32,000 nt of DNA from Nitrosomonas europaea. Lineage in GTDB: Bacteria; Pseudomonadota; Gammaproteobacteria; Burkholderiales; Nitrosomonadaceae. The stretch lies in NCBI RefSeq assembly GCF_900167395.1, contig NZ_FUWK01000008.1, positions 1-32,000 of the forward strand, read 5' to 3'. Under the pieces are notes generated by a model. That model did no database searches. It was not told the origin of the DNA and worked only from the letters and a program-made list of their open reading frames with translations. Of this stretch, positions 13,018 to 23,091 are shown one piece after another. Position 1 is the first letter of the stretch. Each line of letters opens with the position of its first letter. The position numbers and the translations under genes were made by a program.

Positions 13018-15681
13018 ATGACTCAAATGACTGTAGAGCAATTTGCGCATGATCTGGGTATGTTACCCGGCTTGTTGCTGGAACAGCTTCAGGCTGCCGG
13101 GGTAGATAAACGTTCTGCAGCAGATTTTGTCACGGAGCAGGATAAGACCCGGCTTCTCGATTATCTGCGTAAATCGCATGGAAGTAGCGGACCAAGAACC
13201 AGGATCACTCTGGCGCGTAAACAAACGACAGAGATAAAACAGTCAGACAGCACAGGCAGGCCGAGGACCATTGAGGTCAAAGTCAAGAAAACGCGGGTGC
13301 TGACCAGACAGAATGAACCTGAGGTGATTGAAAAAAGTGTGAGTGAAGAACCCGCACCTTTGAAAATGGTCGAAACGCCGGAACCGACGATTGTAAAGTC
13401 GGTTGTCGATGCTGAGCAGATGGCCTTGCGTGCTGAAGAAGCCAGGAAAAGATCAGAGTTGATTGCCCGTCAGGCTGCTGAGCTGAAAGAAAAGCAGGAA
13501 AAAAGGAGACAACAGGCAGCTGCTCAGGCGAACGTGAAAAAAGAACCGGCCCCGGCTGAGCAGGAATCTGGGCCGGCGACAGCTGTCACGCCGGGATCAG
13601 TGACTGAAATTTCATCCAAATTGCCGGAAACAGGTGCTGCAGCCACGCCTGCTACTTCAACTGCTCCAGCGACAACCTCGACGACTGCAGCGACCAAGGG
13701 ACATGCTCCTCAGAAACCGGTTGTCAAACCGGAAGAGAAGGGTGAAAAGAAAAAGAAGCCAACCAAGCAGGATGCCTGGAAGGATGAGCCGGTCAAACGT
13801 CGTGAACCGAAAGCACGTGGTGATCTGTCTGGCGGGCAGGAATGGCGCATGCGTAAGGATAAGCACGGCAAATATAAGTCAGATGAATTGCAATCCCAGC
13901 ATGCTTTTTCGGTACCTACTGAACCGGTCATTCATGAAGTCTTGATTCCTGAAACTATTTCAGTGGGAGCTTTGGCGCAGAAAATGGCAGTCAAAGCAGC
14001 AGAGGTCATCAAGGTACTGATGAAAATGGGTAGTATGGTGACGATCAATCAGATGCTCGATCAGGAAACTGCCATGGTCGTCGTCGAGGAGATGGGGCAT
14101 ATCGCCAAGATTGCTGCGTCGGATAATCCCGAGTCTTTCCTGGAGGAGGTTGATGTATCTTCCGATGAAGCCAGGATGGAACCACGCGCCCCTGTAGTCA
14201 CGGTGATGGGACACGTCGATCATGGTAAGACCTCGCTGCTCGACTATATTCGCAGAACCCGTGTTGCAGGAGGGGAGGCCGGTGGAATTACCCAGCATAT
14301 TGGTGCCTACCATGTCGAAACTTCACGCGGGGTGATTACATTTCTCGATACGCCAGGACATGAAGCGTTTACTGCGATGCGGGCTCGCGGTGCCAAGATT
14401 ACCGATATCGTCATACTGGTTGTGGCTGCGGATGATGGTGTGATGCCCCAGACGATTGAAGCCATTCACCATGCGAAGGCGGCGAATATCCCTATTGTCG
14501 TGGCGGTCAACAAAATGGATAAGCCGGAAGCCAATTTTGATCGTATCAAACAGGAACTGGTCAATCATGGTGTCGTCCCCGAGGACTGGGGAGGTGATGC
14601 CATGTTCATTGGTGTTTCAGCAAAAACCGGTCTGGGAATCGACGAATTGCTGGAAGCAGTTTTATTGCAGGCAGAAGTGCTGGAACTCAAGGCTGTCCGG
14701 GAGGCGCCAGCCAAAGGCGTGGTGATCGAATCCCGTCTGGACAAGGGGCGTGGTCCGGTTGCGACGGTTCTAGTTCAATCTGGCACTTTGAGACGGGGTG
14801 ATGCGGTTCTGACTGGAGCCGTGTTTGGAAAAATCAGGGCCATGCTGAATGAGCGGGGTAAATCCATCAGTGAAGCGAGTACCTCGATTCCCGTTGAGAT
14901 TCAGGGGTTGTCAGAAGTCGCAGTTGCCGGAGAGGTATTTATTGCGTTGGATGATGAGCGCAAGGCTCGCGAGATTGCTCTTTTTCGCCAGGGTAAATTC
15001 CGTGATGTGCGACTGGATAAGCTTCAGGTGGCAAAAATGGAGGATGTATTCGGTCAGCATGAGGACGTCAGTACACTTAATCTGATCATCAAAGCAGATG
15101 TGCAGGGATCTTGCGAAGCACTGGTCTATGCGTTGAAGAAGCTGGAAACCGATGAAGTGAAAATCAATGTCGTGCACAGTGGAGTGGGAGCGATCATCGA
15201 ATCTGATATCAATCTGGCTCTGGCATCCAAGGCTGTCGTCATCGGGTTCAACTGTCGTGCCGATCTGGGCGCGCGCAAGCTGATCACTTCAACCGGGGTG
15301 GATGTGCGCTACTACAACATCATTTACGAAGCGGTCGATGAAGTCAAAAAAGCATTGTCAGGAATGATGATGCCGGATCGCAAGGAAAAAATCCTGGGTA
15401 TGGTCGATATTCGTGAAATTTACCGGATATCCAAGGTCGGAGTCGTGGCCGGTTGTTATGTGCTCGAAGGATTGATCAAACGTGATGCGCTGGTAAGGTT
15501 ATTGCGCGATGGTCTGGTCATCCATAGTGGTAGTCTGGATTCTCTGAAAAGATTCAAGGAGGATGTTCGGGAGGTGAAATCCGGTTTCGAATGCGGGCTT
15601 TCATTGAAGAATTTCAATGATATTCAGCAGGGTGATCAGATCGAGGTGTATGAGATTGTTGAAACTGCTCGTGTGCTGTGA
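13018..15681 (+). CDS. infB: Translation initiation factor IF-2, 887 aa.
   Basis: GTPase motifs ([26 protein letters not shown]) and a conserved C-terminus ...[17 protein letters not shown] lies 6 nt before the ATG at 13018; a TTG at 13012 is also in frame. Confidence 0.95.
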   Translation: MTQMTVEQFAHDLGMLPGLLLEQLQAAGVDKRSAADFVTEQDKTRLLDYLRKSHGSSGPRTRITLARKQTTEIKQSDSTGRPRTIEVKVKKTRVLTRQNEPEVIEKSVSEEPAPLKMVETPEPTIVKSVVDAEQMALRAEEARKRSELIARQAAELKEKQEKRRQQAAAQANVKKEPAPAEQESGPATAVTPGSVTEISSKLPETGAAATPATSTAPATTSTTAATKGHAPQKPVVKPEEKGEKKKKPTKQDAWKDEPVKRREPKARGDLSGGQEWRMRKDKHGKYKSDELQSQHAFSVPTEPVIHEVLIPETISVGALAQKMAVKAAEVIKVLMKMGSMVTINQMLDQETAMVVVEEMGHIAKIAASDNPESFLEEVDVSSDEARMEPRAPVVTVMGHVDHGKTSLLDYIRRTRVAGGEAGGITQHIGAYHVETSRGVITFLDTPGHEAFTAMRARGAKITDIVILVVAADDGVMPQTIEAIHHAKAANIPIVVAVNKMDKPEANFDRIKQELVNHGVVPEDWGGDAMFIGVSAKTGLGIDELLEAVLLQAEVLELKAVREAPAKGVVIESRLDKGRGPVATVLVQSGTLRRGDAVLTGAVFGKIRAMLNERGKSISEASTSIPVEIQGLSEVAVAGEVFIALDDERKAREIALFRQGKFRDVRLDKLQVAKMEDVFGQHEDVSTLNLIIKADVQGSCEALVYALKKLETDEVKINVVHSGVGAIIESDINLALASKAVVIGFNCRADLGARKLITSTGVDVRYYNIIYEAVDEVKKALSGMMMPDRKEKILGMVDIREIYRISKVGVVAGCYVLEGLIKRDALVRLLRDGLVIHSGSLDSLKRFKEDVREVKSGFECGLSLKNFNDIQQGDQIEVYEIVETARVL

Positions 15682-15731
15682 TACTGAGTTCTGTGAAGTG
15701 AGTGGTTCTCCGGATTGAAGAGGAGGTGATC

Positions 15732-16085
15732 ATGTCCAGGGATTTTTCGCGTACTGTACGGGTGGCTGACCAGATTCAGCGTGAGCTGGCTTTGCTGATC
15801 CAGAATGAAATCATGGATCCAAGAGTTGGGATGGTGACACTGACCGGCGTGGAAGTAACACGTGATTATGCCTATGCCAAAGTTTTCTACACTACTTTGG
15901 GAGGGGATGAAAATATTCAGCTTGTTGAAGAGGGATTGAAGCACGCAGCTGGCTTTCTGCGCAGTCAGCTGGCTGGCAAAATCAGGCTGAGAGTCGTTCC
16001 ACAGTTGCAATTCGTTTACGATGAATCGGTCGAACGCGGTATGAAACTCTCTCGGCTGATCGATGAGGCTGTAGGTAAAGCCTGA
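15732..16085 (+). CDS. rbfA: Ribosome-binding factor A, 117 aa.
   Basis: MSRDFSRTVRVADQIQRELALLI...VEVTRDYAYAKVFYT..., with a strong GAGGAGG before the ATG at 15732. Confidence 0.9.
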   Translation: MSRDFSRTVRVADQIQRELALLIQNEIMDPRVGMVTLTGVEVTRDYAYAKVFYTTLGGDENIQLVEEGLKHAAGFLRSQLAGKIRLRVVPQLQFVYDESVERGMKLSRLIDEAVGKA

Positions 16086-16182
16086 CCCGGAAGGTTGATA
16101 TTTGAATCCTGCCGCTTCGATTTTCTGATTCAACTTACTGTAAGGTCTTCCCCTGTCCCAATCTGCCAGCATCAGCGGAGTT

Positions 16183-17112
16183 TTGTTGCTTAACAAGCCT
16201 TCCGGTATTTCATCCAATCGAGCACTTCAGATCAGTAAGCGTTTATTGTCGGCCGCCAAGGCAGGGCATACCGGAACATTGGATCCAATGGCACAGGGGC
16301 TGCTGCCGATCTGCCTCGGTGAGGCTACCAAATTTTCCTCTACTTTGCTAGGTGTGGATAAAACCTATATTGCGTCCCTCAGACTTGGTTATATCAGCAA
16401 CACGGGAGATGCCGAAGGTGAAATCAGACAGGTGGTCGGTTCTGATGTAAACCCACCTGATTTCGGGCAAGTGACCGGGATTCTGCAAACATTTCTCGGT
16501 CGATCCAGTCAGATTCCACCTATGTTCAGCGCATTGAAACAACATGGCAAACCGCTTTACCGGTATGCACGTGAGGGAATTACGGTTGAGCGCAAAGCAC
16601 GGGAAATCGTAATTCATGCTGCGTCACTCGATACTTTGTCAGGTTTTGAGATGACGATTACGGTTCGATGCAGTTCAGGTACATATGTCCGAACACTGGC
16701 TGAGGACATCGGAAAGGCACTTGGTTATGGCGGTGCCTATCTCACAGCGCTTTCCCGTATCAGTGTCGGTCATTTTGAATTATCCCAGGCCTGTGATCTG
16801 GATCAGCTCGAATCCGAGACTCCTGTCAATCGTCAGAAACTTTTGTGTCCGATCGACAGTCTTCTAAACGATATTCCTTCCATAGTACTTGATGATGATG
16901 AGGCATTACGTTTGCGACAGGGACAGAAAATCAGGAAAAACATGTCTCGATATGGATTACCGGTCAACACACAATTGAAGTTGTACGATGATCGCAATGT
17001 TTTTCTTGGCCTCGGTGAACGGATCGATCCTGAAGTCATCGTGCCTAGAAGAATGATTTCATTACATGAAGTTGTTACGGGTGCGATAGCCGGTTCGGTG
17101 GATTTACAGTAA
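16183..17112 (+). CDS. truB: tRNA pseudouridine-55 synthase TruB, 309 aa as drawn, with a TTG start.
   Basis: LLNKPSGISSN...AGHTGTLDPMAQGLLPICLGEATKF contains the catalytic Asp motif. No in-frame ATG or GTG exists between the upstream stop (16141-16143) and 16183. Confidence 0.85.
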   Translation: MLLNKPSGISSNRALQISKRLLSAAKAGHTGTLDPMAQGLLPICLGEATKFSSTLLGVDKTYIASLRLGYISNTGDAEGEIRQVVGSDVNPPDFGQVTGILQTFLGRSSQIPPMFSALKQHGKPLYRYAREGITVERKAREIVIHAASLDTLSGFEMTITVRCSSGTYVRTLAEDIGKALGYGGAYLTALSRISVGHFELSQACDLDQLESETPVNRQKLLCPIDSLLNDIPSIVLDDDEALRLRQGQKIRKNMSRYGLPVNTQLKLYDDRNVFLGLGERIDPEVIVPRRMISLHEVVTGAIAGSVDLQ

Positions 17113-17179
17113 GTTTTTATTGCCTGATGAGCGGCAACGACACCAGGCGGACAGCAATACGCTATAATCTCCGACTTTT

Positions 17180-17821
17180 ATGACCACAGGCCCATCACCG
17201 ATTGAGATGCTGACAGCCAGGAACCTGGAGTGTATACGAGGGGAGCACAGACTCTTCAGTAATCTCTCTTTTTCCGTAAATCCCGGTGAGCTGATGTTTG
17301 TGGGTGGCCCCAACGGCAGTGGCAAAACCAGCCTGCTCAGATTGTTGTGCGGATTATCTTTGCCTGATGATGGGGAAATTTACTGGAATGGAACTGATAT
17401 CCGGAAGCTGGGAGTGGATTATCGCGACGTGATGACTTACCTGGGGCATCTGGGAGGCATCAAGGATGATCTGACAGCTATCGAGAATCTGCGGATATCT
17501 TGCGCACTGGCAGGTTGTGAGATCGATGAGGATCAGGCGGCAGATGCATTGGGGCAGATCGGGCTGGCTGGACGTGAAATGCTGCCCGCCAGAGTGTTGT
17601 CGCAAGGGCAGCGCAGGAGAGTGGCTCTGGCTCGTTTGCTGGTGACTCGAACCAAGTTATGGATCCTGGATGAGCCCTTGACTGCTCTTGACGTTGCAGC
17701 GGTGGAGCTGATCAAAGGCATACTGGAGCATAATCTGGCAAAAGGAGGTATGGTCATTATGACTACTCACCAGGAGCTCGTGATGAGCACTGTGACGGTG
17801 CATCATTTGGTCTTGTCCTGA
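17180..17821 (+). CDS. ccmA: Haem exporter ATP-binding protein CcmA.
   Basis: Walker A GPNGSGKTSLLR, ABC signature LSQGQRRRVALA and Walker B LWILDEP. It is the first gene of the ccm cluster. Confidence 0.9.
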   Translation: MTTGPSPIEMLTARNLECIRGEHRLFSNLSFSVNPGELMFVGGPNGSGKTSLLRLLCGLSLPDDGEIYWNGTDIRKLGVDYRDVMTYLGHLGGIKDDLTAIENLRISCALAGCEIDEDQAADALGQIGLAGREMLPARVLSQGQRRRVALARLLVTRTKLWILDEPLTALDVAAVELIKGILEHNLAKGGMVIMTTHQELVMSTVTVHHLVLS

Positions 17822-17827
17822 TTCGAT

Positions 17828-18487
17828 ATGATCTGGTGGATAATCAAGCGGGATTTGTTGCTGGCAATGCGTCGACGTTCCGACGTGCTGACGACCCTGT
17901 TCTTTTTTGTCATCGTTGTCAGCCTGTTCCCGCTGGGTGTGGGGCCTGAGGCTAGTATATTACGGATAATGGCATCGGGTGTGGTATGGGTGGCTGCTTT
18001 GCTGGCTTCGATGTTGTCGCTGGGCCGTATGTTTTCCAGTGATTATGCGGATGGAACTCTGGAACAGATGCTGCTTTCCCCGGTTTCTCTGTCTGCGTTG
18101 GTCATGGGTAAAGCAATATCACACTGGCTGGTGACCGGGGTTCCGCTGGTGCTGATGGCACCGGTATTGGGGATCCAGTACGATTTGCCGGTAGAGGCAT
18201 TGATTGTGCTAACGCTCTCACTGTTGTTGGGGACGCCTGTGCTGAGTCTGATTGGTGCGATCGGTGCTGCGTTGACATTGGGGTTGAGGGGAGGGGGTGT
18301 ACTGGTATCGATACTGGTTCTGCCGCTCTATATTCCTGTGCTGATTTTTGGAACAGGCGCAGTCGAGGCAAGTACTGCCGGAATGGGGTTCGGGGCGCAT
18401 TTTTCGATATTGGGTGCATTTTTATTGGTTTCCATCGTTTTTTCACCTTGGGCGACTGCTGCATCTCTCCGGATTTCCATGGGCTGA
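17828..18487 (+). CDS. ccmB: Haem exporter membrane protein CcmB.
   Basis: A 219-aa polytopic protein starting MIWWIIKRDLLLAMRRRSD..., positioned between ccmA and ccmC. Confidence 0.9.
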   Translation: MIWWIIKRDLLLAMRRRSDVLTTLFFFVIVVSLFPLGVGPEASILRIMASGVVWVAALLASMLSLGRMFSSDYADGTLEQMLLSPVSLSALVMGKAISHWLVTGVPLVLMAPVLGIQYDLPVEALIVLTLSLLLGTPVLSLIGAIGAALTLGLRGGGVLVSILVLPLYIPVLIFGTGAVEASTAGMGFGAHFSILGAFLLVSIVFSPWATAASLRISMG

Positions 18488-18591
18488 TCTCAGCAATCAG
18501 GGCTGCAAGTAGCGGATGGTGAGGTATTTGGTAAGGTAAAAGCAAGTAATTTCGTTTTCTGCCGGATTAATTAAGAGAGAATATTCAGGAC

Positions 18592-19335
18592 ATGACAATC
18601 AATTGGTTTAAATATGCCTCTCCCGCGAGTTTTTATTTTCTGGCGGGGCGGATGATTCCCTATTTTTCCATTGCGGCAATCATTTTTCTGATCGTGGGCC
18701 TGTATATCGCCTTTTTTTCTGCCCCGACCGATTTTCAGCAGGGTGAGGCCTACCGGATTATTTTTATCCATGTTCCAGCTGCCTGGATGTCGATGTTTTT
18801 GTACGTAGTCATGGCATTCTGGGCCGGGATAGGACTGGCGTTCAATACCCGTCTTTCATCCATGGTGGCAAGTGCCATAGCACCGACGGGTGCCATGTTT
18901 ACTTTCCTTGCTTTGTGGACGGGGGCATGGTGGGGTAAGCCGATGTGGGGAACATGGTGGGTCTGGGATGCCCGTTTGACTTCCGAATTGATTTTATTTT
19001 TTCTGTATATCGGTTTTATGTCATTACAGGCCGCAATCGATGACCCAAGGCGTGCGGACAAAGCCGGAGCCATTATTGCTCTGGTTGGGGTGGTCAATAT
19101 TCCGATCATTTATTTTTCGGTTCAGTGGTGGAATACCTTACATCAGGGTGCCTCAGTCAGCCTGATTCAATCACCCAAAATGGCAACTGCCATGCTGTCG
19201 GGCATGTTGATCATGGCGCTGGCGGTATGGATGTACTCGATTGTAATGATTCTGATTCGGGCCCGTCTCATCATTCTGGAGCGTGAACGCCACACGGCAT
19301 GGGTGTCAGAATTGAAAGAAGGAGTGTTGGAATGA
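18592..19335 (+). CDS. ccmC: Haem exporter / haem lyase component CcmC.
   Basis: Trp-rich motif WGKPMWGTWWVWDARLTS and conserved His residues. Confidence 0.9.
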   Translation: MTINWFKYASPASFYFLAGRMIPYFSIAAIIFLIVGLYIAFFSAPTDFQQGEAYRIIFIHVPAAWMSMFLYVVMAFWAGIGLAFNTRLSSMVASAIAPTGAMFTFLALWTGAWWGKPMWGTWWVWDARLTSELILFFLYIGFMSLQAAIDDPRRADKAGAIIALVGVVNIPIIYFSVQWWNTLHQGASVSLIQSPKMATAMLSGMLIMALAVWMYSIVMILIRARLIILERERHTAWVSELKEGVLE

Positions 19336-19514
19336 AATGGGAGAGCGTATCTGATTTCTTTGCCATGGGGGGGTATGGCCTTTATGTATGGGGATCTTAC
19401 CTGGTTGCAGTATTGTGTGTAATTGGCGAGATTATCGCGATTCGTATTCGTAGGCGAACTTTATACAAGCATCTCGGTCTGAGAAAAAGATCAATTCTGC
19501 GAGGAGAGAAATGA
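19332..19514 (+). CDS. ccmD: Cytochrome c maturation protein CcmD, 60 aa.
   Basis: [30 protein letters not shown]... is a single-TM protein. ATGA overlaps occur with the ccmC stop and with the ccmE start. Confidence 0.8.
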   Translation: MKWESVSDFFAMGGYGLYVWGSYLVAVLCVIGEIIAIRIRRRTLYKHLGLRKRSILRGEK

Positions 19515-19960
19515 AGCCACGTCATAAAAAAATGGCTGTCATTGCATTGAGTGTCAGTGCTTTGACAGTTGCAGTCGTATTGGTACTGAACGCATTTCAG
19601 AGTAATCTGGTTTTTTTCTTCAGCCCCAGTCAGGTGGCTGCCAAAGAAGCTCCTATCGGAAAAAGTTTCAGAATAGGTGGGCTGGTGGAAGAAGGCTCAC
19701 TCAAGAGGGAGGGAGATGGTACAACTCTGAATTTTGCCATAACCGACACTGCTGAAGTCATTCGAGTGGTTTATACAGGGATTCTTCCCGATCTGTTTAA
19801 AGAAGGGAAAGGTGTCGTGGCACAAGGAAAAATGGCAGATGACGGTATTTTTTATGCTGATGAAGTGCTTGCCAAACACGATGAAAATTATATGCCGCCC
19901 GAAGCTGCCAGTGCACTGGAGCAGGCGGCCAAAGCACAGAAAACCTCACTTGCGCAGTGA
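19511..19960 (+). CDS. ccmE: Haem chaperone CcmE.
   Basis: An N-terminal anchor, an OB-fold body and the haem-binding [12 protein letters not shown] motif. Confidence 0.9.
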   Translation: MKPRHKKMAVIALSVSALTVAVVLVLNAFQSNLVFFFSPSQVAAKEAPIGKSFRIGGLVEEGSLKREGDGTTLNFAITDTAEVIRVVYTGILPDLFKEGKGVVAQGKMADDGIFYADEVLAKHDENYMPPEAASALEQAAKAQKTSLAQ

Positions 19961-20001
19961 GTTTGTTCATTTCGTAATTTAACAAGGGATAACTTCAAAC
20001 C

Positions 20002-22053
20002 ATGATTCCGGAACTTGGTAACTTTGCCCTCATCCTCGCAATGCTGCTGGCCCTGGTCCAGGGAACACTACCCATCATTGGCGCGGCACGTGGTATACCC
20101 TCGTGGATTGCTTTGGCGCGTCCGGTCACACAGGGACATTTTGTATTTATCGCGATTGCTTTCGGGTGCCTTGCCTATTCGTTCGTAAATAATGATTTCT
20201 CTGTATTGAACGTGGCATCCAACTCGAATTCTGATCTTCCTGTGCATTTTCGTTTTGCTGCAACATGGGGATCTCATGAGGGTTCATTATTGCTATGGGT
20301 GACCATGCTTGCCGGCTGGTCTGTGGCTGTAAGTGTTTTCAGTCGTCAGTTGCCGGACGATATGGTAGCTCGTGTCTTGGGTGTGCTGGGGCTGGTCAGT
20401 GCTGGTTTTCTGCTGTTTCTTTTGTTTACCTCCAACCCTTTCGACAGGTTGTTGCCGGCAGCAATCGAAGGGAATGACCTCAATCCACTACTGCAGGATC
20501 CGGGAATGGTTATGCATCCACCCATGTTGTATATGGGGTATGTAGGTTTTTCAGTGGCATTTGCATTTGCAATTGCAGCACTGCTTAACGGCCAGCTGGA
20601 TGCAGCCTGGGCGAGATGGTCACGTCCATGGACCGTTGTTGCCTGGATTTTCCTGACTATTGGCATCATGGGCGGCAGCTGGTGGGCATATTATGAGCTG
20701 GGGTGGGGTGGCTGGTGGTTCTGGGATCCGGTTGAAAATGCATCATTCATGCCTTGGCTGGTAGGTACCGCACTGATACATTCACTGGCCGTGACTGAAA
20801 AACGCGGAAGTTTCAAGAGCTGGACGGTGTTACTGGCAATTACTGCTTTTTCACTGAGTCTGTTGGGGACTTTCCTGGTTCGTTCTGGGGTTCTGACTTC
20901 CGTACATGCTTTTGCAACAGATCCGGCACGCGGGATATTTATTCTGGTCTATCTCTCGCTGGTCGTAGGGTGTTCACTGACACTGTTTGCATGGCGAGCA
21001 TCGAAAGTAGGTCTTGGTGGTAATTTTGAAATTGTCTCACGTGAAACTACTTTGCTTGCCAATAATGTATTGCTGCTGGTGGCTGCAGGTAGCGTATTGC
21101 TGGGTACACTTTACCCTCTCCTGATCGATGCATTGGATCTGGGGAAAATTTCTGTAGGCCCTCCTTATTTTGAGGCTGTTTTTGTGCCTCTGATGGCACC
21201 GGCAATCTTTCTGATCGGGTTGGGGCCGATTGCTCGCTGGAAGAAAGCCAGCCTGCCAGCCCTGGCGGTGCTGATGAGATGGGCATTCGTTGTGAGTCTG
21301 GTGGCTGCAGGGATCATGCCGTTCATCATGGGCGAGTGGAAACCTATGGTCAGTTTTGGATTGCTTCTGGCTTTCTGGGTCATCGCCAGTATATTTGTCA
21401 GCATCAGCCATCGACTCCGGAACGGTGGTGAAGGTGGATTGTTTACCAGACTGGCAAAACAGCCAAGGGGTTATTACGGTATGCACTGTGCACATTTGGG
21501 TATTGCAGTGTTCATCATCGGTGTGACGCTGGTCAATGGTTATGAAACCGAGAAAGATGTGCGAATGGAAGTCGGCAGTACCGTGACACTCAAGGAATAT
21601 ACCTTCCAGTTCAATGGAACCAAGTCGGTTACCGGCCCTAATTACAATGCATCTCAGGGACAGGTCGAGGTATTCAGGGAAGGTAAAAAAGTCAGTGAGT
21701 TGCAGCCTGAAAAAAGAACCTATACCGCATCAGGTATGCCTATGACTGAGGCGGCGGTTGACATGGGGCTGTTGCGTGATTTGTATGTTGCACTGGGTGA
21801 GCCGTTGGAAAACGGTGCCTGGATAGTTCGTGTCTATCACAAACCTTTTGTTAACTGGATATGGCTGGGTTGTATGTTGATGGCTTTAGGAGGAGCGCTG
21901 GCTGCCAGTGATCGACGTTATCGTCTCGCAATTGGCAAGAAATCGAGGAATAAGGCAGCTTCAGGACCAGTAGCACCGGAAACTGCAGATATACCGGCCG
22001 GGAGCATGGTTACCAATTCAGTTATCCTCTCGGAGGAAGGTGGTAAGGTATGA
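20002..22053 (+). CDS. ccmF: Cytochrome c-type biogenesis protein CcmF.
   Basis: A 683-aa polytopic protein with the WWFWDPVENASFMPWL Trp-rich motif. Confidence 0.9.
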   Translation: MIPELGNFALILAMLLALVQGTLPIIGAARGIPSWIALARPVTQGHFVFIAIAFGCLAYSFVNNDFSVLNVASNSNSDLPVHFRFAATWGSHEGSLLLWVTMLAGWSVAVSVFSRQLPDDMVARVLGVLGLVSAGFLLFLLFTSNPFDRLLPAAIEGNDLNPLLQDPGMVMHPPMLYMGYVGFSVAFAFAIAALLNGQLDAAWARWSRPWTVVAWIFLTIGIMGGSWWAYYELGWGGWWFWDPVENASFMPWLVGTALIHSLAVTEKRGSFKSWTVLLAITAFSLSLLGTFLVRSGVLTSVHAFATDPARGIFILVYLSLVVGCSLTLFAWRASKVGLGGNFEIVSRETTLLANNVLLLVAAGSVLLGTLYPLLIDALDLGKISVGPPYFEAVFVPLMAPAIFLIGLGPIARWKKASLPALAVLMRWAFVVSLVAAGIMPFIMGEWKPMVSFGLLLAFWVIASIFVSISHRLRNGGEGGLFTRLAKQPRGYYGMHCAHLGIAVFIIGVTLVNGYETEKDVRMEVGSTVTLKEYTFQFNGTKSVTGPNYNASQGQVEVFREGKKVSELQPEKRTYTASGMPMTEAAVDMGLLRDLYVALGEPLENGAWIVRVYHKPFVNWIWLGCMLMALGGALAASDRRYRLAIGKKSRNKAASGPVAPETADIPAGSMVTNSVILSEEGGKV

Positions 22054-22574
22054 TGCGATTTCTGCTGCCTCTCGCGGCATTTGTAGTACTGGTGATATTT
22101 TTGGGGGTTGGCCTGACTTTGAACCCGCGTCAGGTTCCTTCTCCACTGGTGGATAAACCCGCGCCGCCTTTCCGTCTGCAACAGCTCTACGATACTACTA
22201 AGACGCTTTCATCCGAAGAAAATCTTGGAAAGGTATGGATGCTGAATGTCTGGGCATCCTGGTGTGTTGCCTGTCGCGATGAGCATCCTGTGCTGGTTGA
22301 GCTTTCAAAACTGGGTATCGTTCCCATTTATGGTCTGAATTACAAGGATCAGCGCGATACCGCCATGCAATGGCTCAAACAGTTTGGTAACCCTTATGAA
22401 ATCAGTATCGTTGATGCGGATGGGAAAGTTGGTATCAATTATGGTGTTTACGGTGTGCCGGAGACTTATGTGATTGATAAACAAGGAATTATCAGGTACA
22501 AACACATTGGTCCGGTAACAGTCGAATCACTGAAAAACAAAATTCTTCCTTTAATCAAGGAACTGAAGAGTTGA
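22050..22574 (+). CDS. ccmG: Thiol:disulfide interchange protein CcmG/DsbE.
   Basis: An N-terminal anchor, WASWCVACRDEHP (CxxC) and the GVYGVPETY motif. The start overlaps the ccmF stop (ATGA). Confidence 0.9.
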   Translation: MMRFLLPLAAFVVLVIFLGVGLTLNPRQVPSPLVDKPAPPFRLQQLYDTTKTLSSEENLGKVWMLNVWASWCVACRDEHPVLVELSKLGIVPIYGLNYKDQRDTAMQWLKQFGNPYEISIVDADGKVGINYGVYGVPETYVIDKQGIIRYKHIGPVTVESLKNKILPLIKELKS

Positions 22575-22581
22575 GCTGGTC

Positions 22582-23091
22582 ATGATGAAACGATTGATAC
22601 ATAGTTCACTGAAGCGTTATCTGGTAGTACTGATTTTGTCTTTTACGTCTTTGCAGGGCTATGCAGCAACTGAAGCAGTACCTGTTGCAGAAGACCCCGA
22701 ACTTGAGAAACGGTTGGTGAATCTGGCAGAAAATCTTCGTTGTCTCGTGTGCCAGAATGAATCACTGGCTGCATCCCGTGCGGATTTTGCCAATGATATG
22801 AGGCGTGAAATCCGGGAACAGATGCGGATGAATAAAAGCGATGATGAAATCGTAGAATTTCTGGTTGCCCGTTACGGTGATTTTATACTTTTTAACCCTC
22901 CCTTGAAATCAACGACCTGGTTATTGTGGTTTGGCCCGTTTGCCTTGTTTCTGGGTGGTGGTGCCGCTCTCATTTTTTATTTGCGGCGGCGTCGTATTCA
23001 GATAAATGAAAAGGACTTACCGTTGACTGAAAGTCAGCGTCTTCGGGCCGAGTCTCTCATCAAAGAAATGAACAAGGATCAAAGCATATGA
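22582..23091 (+). CDS. ccmH: Cytochrome c maturation protein CcmH.
   Basis: A signal sequence, the LRCLVCQNESL motif and a C-terminal TM helix. Confidence 0.85.
   Translation: MMKRLIHSSLKRYLVVLILSFTSLQGYAATEAVPVAEDPELEKRLVNLAENLRCLVCQNESLAASRADFANDMRREIREQMRMNKSDDEIVEFLVARYGDFILFNPPLKSTTWLLWFGPFALFLGGGAALIFYLRRRRIQINEKDLPLTESQRLRAESLIKEMNKDQSI

Noticed and set aside
15636-16217. A 193-aa minus-strand ORF spanning rbfA and the rbfA-truB spacer.
   Set aside because: It is antisense to a well-supported rbfA with a strong RBS. It has no recognisable motif and no RBS.
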